A stretch of DNA of 64,000 nucleotides from an uncultured Chloroflexia bacterium (lineage in GTDB: Bacteria > Chloroflexota > Limnocylindria > Limnocylindrales > CSP1-4): the NCBI GenBank assembly GCA_963833225.1, contig CAWHXD010000014.1:32001-96000 (forward strand). The letters are read 5' to 3'. Shown piece by piece: positions 61,486 to 64,000 of the stretch. The stretch's first letter is position 1. Each line of letters starts with the position of its first letter. The translations under genes were made by a program, and so were the position numbers. A model generated the notes under the pieces. The model worked only from the letters and a program-made list of their open reading frames with translations. It made no database searches and had not been told where the DNA came from.

Positions 61486-62430
61486 CTAGACCGTCCCGCG
61501 GAGCCCGATGATGATCAGGATGATCGCCGGGCCCAGGATGACGATGAACAGCGACGGGAAGATGCACCCGACGAGCGGGAACAGCATCTTGATCGGCGCC
61601 TTGGCCGCCATCTCCTCGGCGCGCTGCCGGCGCTCGATGCGCAGCTGCTCGCTCTGGACCTGGAGCACCTTGGAGATGGAGACACCAAGCTGCTCGGCCT
61701 GGATGATGGCGCCGATGAAGTTGGTCAGGGCCGTGACCTCGGTGCGCGGGACGATGTCCCGAAGCGCGTCGCGGCGCGGCTTGCCGACACGGATCTCGGC
61801 GAGAGCGCGACGGAACTCGTCGGTCAGGGGTCCGTTCAGCTTCTCCACGACCTTGCCCAGCGCGCCGTCGAAGCCGAGGCCCGCGCGCACGGAGATGGTC
61901 AGCAGGTCCAGCGCATCCGGGATCATCAGGATGATGTCGTGCTGGCGCTTCTTGATCCGGCCGCCCAGCCAGAACTCCGGCAGCGCGTAGCCGAGATACA
62001 GGCCCACCAGGATCAGCAGCAGGTTGAGCGGGAATGCCAGCACCGTGACTGGTCCGGGCACGACGAACAGGAGGGTGGCCAGGCCGCCGCCGATGATGGC
62101 GCCGACGGCCTTGATGCCCATCCAGTCCGCGGTACGCAGGTCGCCAGGGTTGCCGGCGAGCGCGAGCCGCTTCTCGGTCGACTCCGTGAAGGACGTGCTG
62201 GCCATGCTGGACATGCGCGCGGACAGGCGGGAGACGAGCGGGCGCAGCGTGCGGTCGAGCAGCGGAGCCTGGAGCTCCAGCTCCTCGAGGTTCTTGGCCT
62301 GCATCGTGCCCAGCTGGTTCAGGCGGGCCTGGACCGGGTCGACCGAGGGATTGCTGGCAAGGCCGATGAAGATCAGGAGGATCGCGCCGGCGGCGATGGC
62401 CGCAACGACGAGGGGAAGTGCGTCGGTCAT
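61486..62430 (-). CDS. tadC: Tad pilus assembly protein TadC (T2SS F family)
   Basis: PDALDLL, AGLGFD, AEQLG and KMLFPLV motifs. Confidence 0.9.
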   Translation of the reverse strand: MTDALPLVVAAIAAGAILLIFIGLASNPSVDPVQARLNQLGTMQAKNLEELELQAPLLDRTLRPLVSRLSARMSSMASTSFTESTEKRLALAGNPGDLRTADWMGIKAVGAIIGGGLATLLFVVPGPVTVLAFPLNLLLILVGLYLGYALPEFWLGGRIKKRQHDIILMIPDALDLLTISVRAGLGFDGALGKVVEKLNGPLTDEFRRALAEIRVGKPRRDALRDIVPRTEVTALTNFIGAIIQAEQLGVSISKVLQVQSEQLRIERRQRAEEMAAKAPIKMLFPLVGCIFPSLFIVILGPAIILIIIGLRGTV

Positions 62431-62433
62431 GCG

Positions 62434-63454
62434 CTAGACCTCGATATCCACGATCTTGCGGATGAACATGAAGCCCATGAACATCGAGAAGCCACCAAGC
62501 ATCAGGATGATCACGCCGAGCGGCAGGCCGAGGACGCTGACGCTGGCATCGAACATGGGTTCCATGAACCCCGGCGCCGCGATGAACAGGAATCCGGCCA
62601 GGCCGATCGGCAGGAAGCCGACGACGTAGCCCGACATTCGCTGCTGGGCGGTGAGGGTGCGGATCTCGCCCTTGATACGGACTCGCTCGCGGATCGTAAA
62701 CGCGATCGAGTCGAGGATCTCGGCGAGGTTGCCGCCGACGGTGTGCTGGATCGAGATGGCGGTGGCCATCAGCTCCAGGTCGTCGGAGCGGACGCGCCGG
62801 ACCATGTTCTCCAGGGCGACATCGAACGAGAGGCCCAGGTTGACCTCGCGGATGACGCGCCCGAACTCCGTGGACACCGGCGGCCGCGACTCGCGGACCA
62901 CCAGCTCAATGGCCTGGAGGAAGGAGGACCCGGCGCGCAGCGCGTTGGCAATCAGGGTGATCGTGTCCGGCAGCTGCTTGTTGAATGCGTTGAGGCGGCC
63001 CGACCGGCGACGGCCCAGCCAGAAGCGCGGCAGCATGAAGCCCACGAACCCGCCGACGACCATGATCAGGGGGTTGCCGAGGCCCACGACCGCGAACGAC
63101 AGCAGCCACATCGCGACCGGGATGCCAACGGTGAGACCGGCCCAGATCATCAGGTACTCGGAGGGCTTGAGCTTCAGGTCCGCACGGGCGATCTCACGCG
63201 CGAGATTGGCGCCAAAGTCGCGGTTCTCGACGACCTTGTTGAGCTGCGCCAGCGCCTGGCTGGACTGCAGCGCGGCGCCAAGTCCACCCTCGCCGGACGG
63301 CAGTGGAGGCCGGCTTGTCCGGCTTGCCCGAGGCGTACCGCTCGAGGCGCGCGTTGATGCCGGACCCACCGCCGGACATCGAGATGCCAACCGCGATGAA
63401 CAGGATCGCGAGCGCGGCGATCCCGGCGACGATGAGGGTCAGGTTGCTGTCCAC
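62434..63454 (-). CDS. tadB: Tad pilus assembly protein TadB (frameshift near 63300)
   Basis: QLPD, LRAG, GGNLAEIL and LTAQQR motifs; N-terminal TM segment in ORF 63194..63454. Confidence 0.88.
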
Positions 63455-63475
63455 GGCTGGCGGCCTCCTTGCTCG

Positions 63476-64000
63476 CTAGTAGCTGAAGCCGAAGAGGCCC
63501 GGCGGCAGGTGGATGCCCTGGACCTCGAACTTCTCGACGAACTTGGGCCGGATGCCTGTCGGCTTGAGGCGGCCCTGGATCTTGCCTTCGACGATGCCCG
63601 TCTGCTCGAACACGAACACGTCCTGCATGACGATGACATCACCCTCCATGCCCTGGACCTCGGTGATGTTCGTGATCCGGCGCGAGCCGTCCTTGAGCCG
63701 GGCCTGGTGGACGATGAGGTCCACGGCCGAGGCGATCTGCTCGCGGATGGCGCGGACCGGGAGGTCAACGCCGGCCATGAGGACCATCGTCTCCAGGCGG
63801 GACAGCATGTCGCGGGGGCTGTTGGCGTGGCCGGTGGACATCGAGCCGTCGTGGCCCGTGTTCATGGCCTGGAGCATGTCCAGCGCCTCGCCGCCACGGC
63901 ACTCGCCGACGATGATGCGGTCGGGGCGCATGCGCAGCGAGTTGCGGACCAGCTCCCGGATCGGGATCATGCCCTTGCCCTCGATGTTGGGCGGGCGGGA
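63476..64000 (-). CDS. cpaF: CpaF/TadA pilus ATPase, C-terminal part
   Basis: [20 protein letters not shown] and HANSP motifs. Confidence 0.93.
   Translation of the reverse strand, partial: SRPPNIEGKGMIPIRELVRNSLRMRPDRIIVGECRGGEALDMLQAMNTGHDGSMSTGHANSPRDMLSRLETMVLMAGVDLPVRAIREQIASAVDLIVHQARLKDGSRRITNITEVQGMEGDVIVMQDVFVFEQTGIVEGKIQGRLKPTGIRPKFVEKFEVQGIHLPPGLFGFSY

Overview
Very GC-rich bacterial chromosomal segment. Protein style and gene order suggest Chloroflexota, possibly Limnocylindria-like (inference, not verified). 1-28.5 kb is a methylated-amine/betaine catabolic region: EtfBA, a membrane Fe-S (HdrD/FadF-like) oxidoreductase, a Liv-type ABC importer, three GcvT-fold dimethylglycine/sarcosine dehydrogenase paralogues, a DadA-like oxidase, two non-pyrrolysine MttB-family methyltransferases, a corrinoid protein, a pterin-binding methyltransferase, an ASKHA corrinoid activator, and TetR and IclR regulators. 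29-33 kb is a nirK / membrane protein / Rrf2 module. 33-64 kb is housekeeping: prfA-prmC-tsaC, lepB, glyA, a WecA-like gene, the atp operon, murA, mreB, nfo, hpf, comF and tad genes. About ten single-base frameshifts, including in atpF and atpH, look like sequencing or assembly indels. The most unusual signal is a possible mobile/repeat system. Two homologous XRE-HTH + PD-(D/E)XK-like genes (20547, 60664) each sit between inverted REP-like hairpin termini with tandem arrays beside them, one an exact 52-bp-period array. Gene-less long-hairpin elements also occur, including two diverged but colinear 141-nt copies and a 259-nt REP doublet inside the atp operon.
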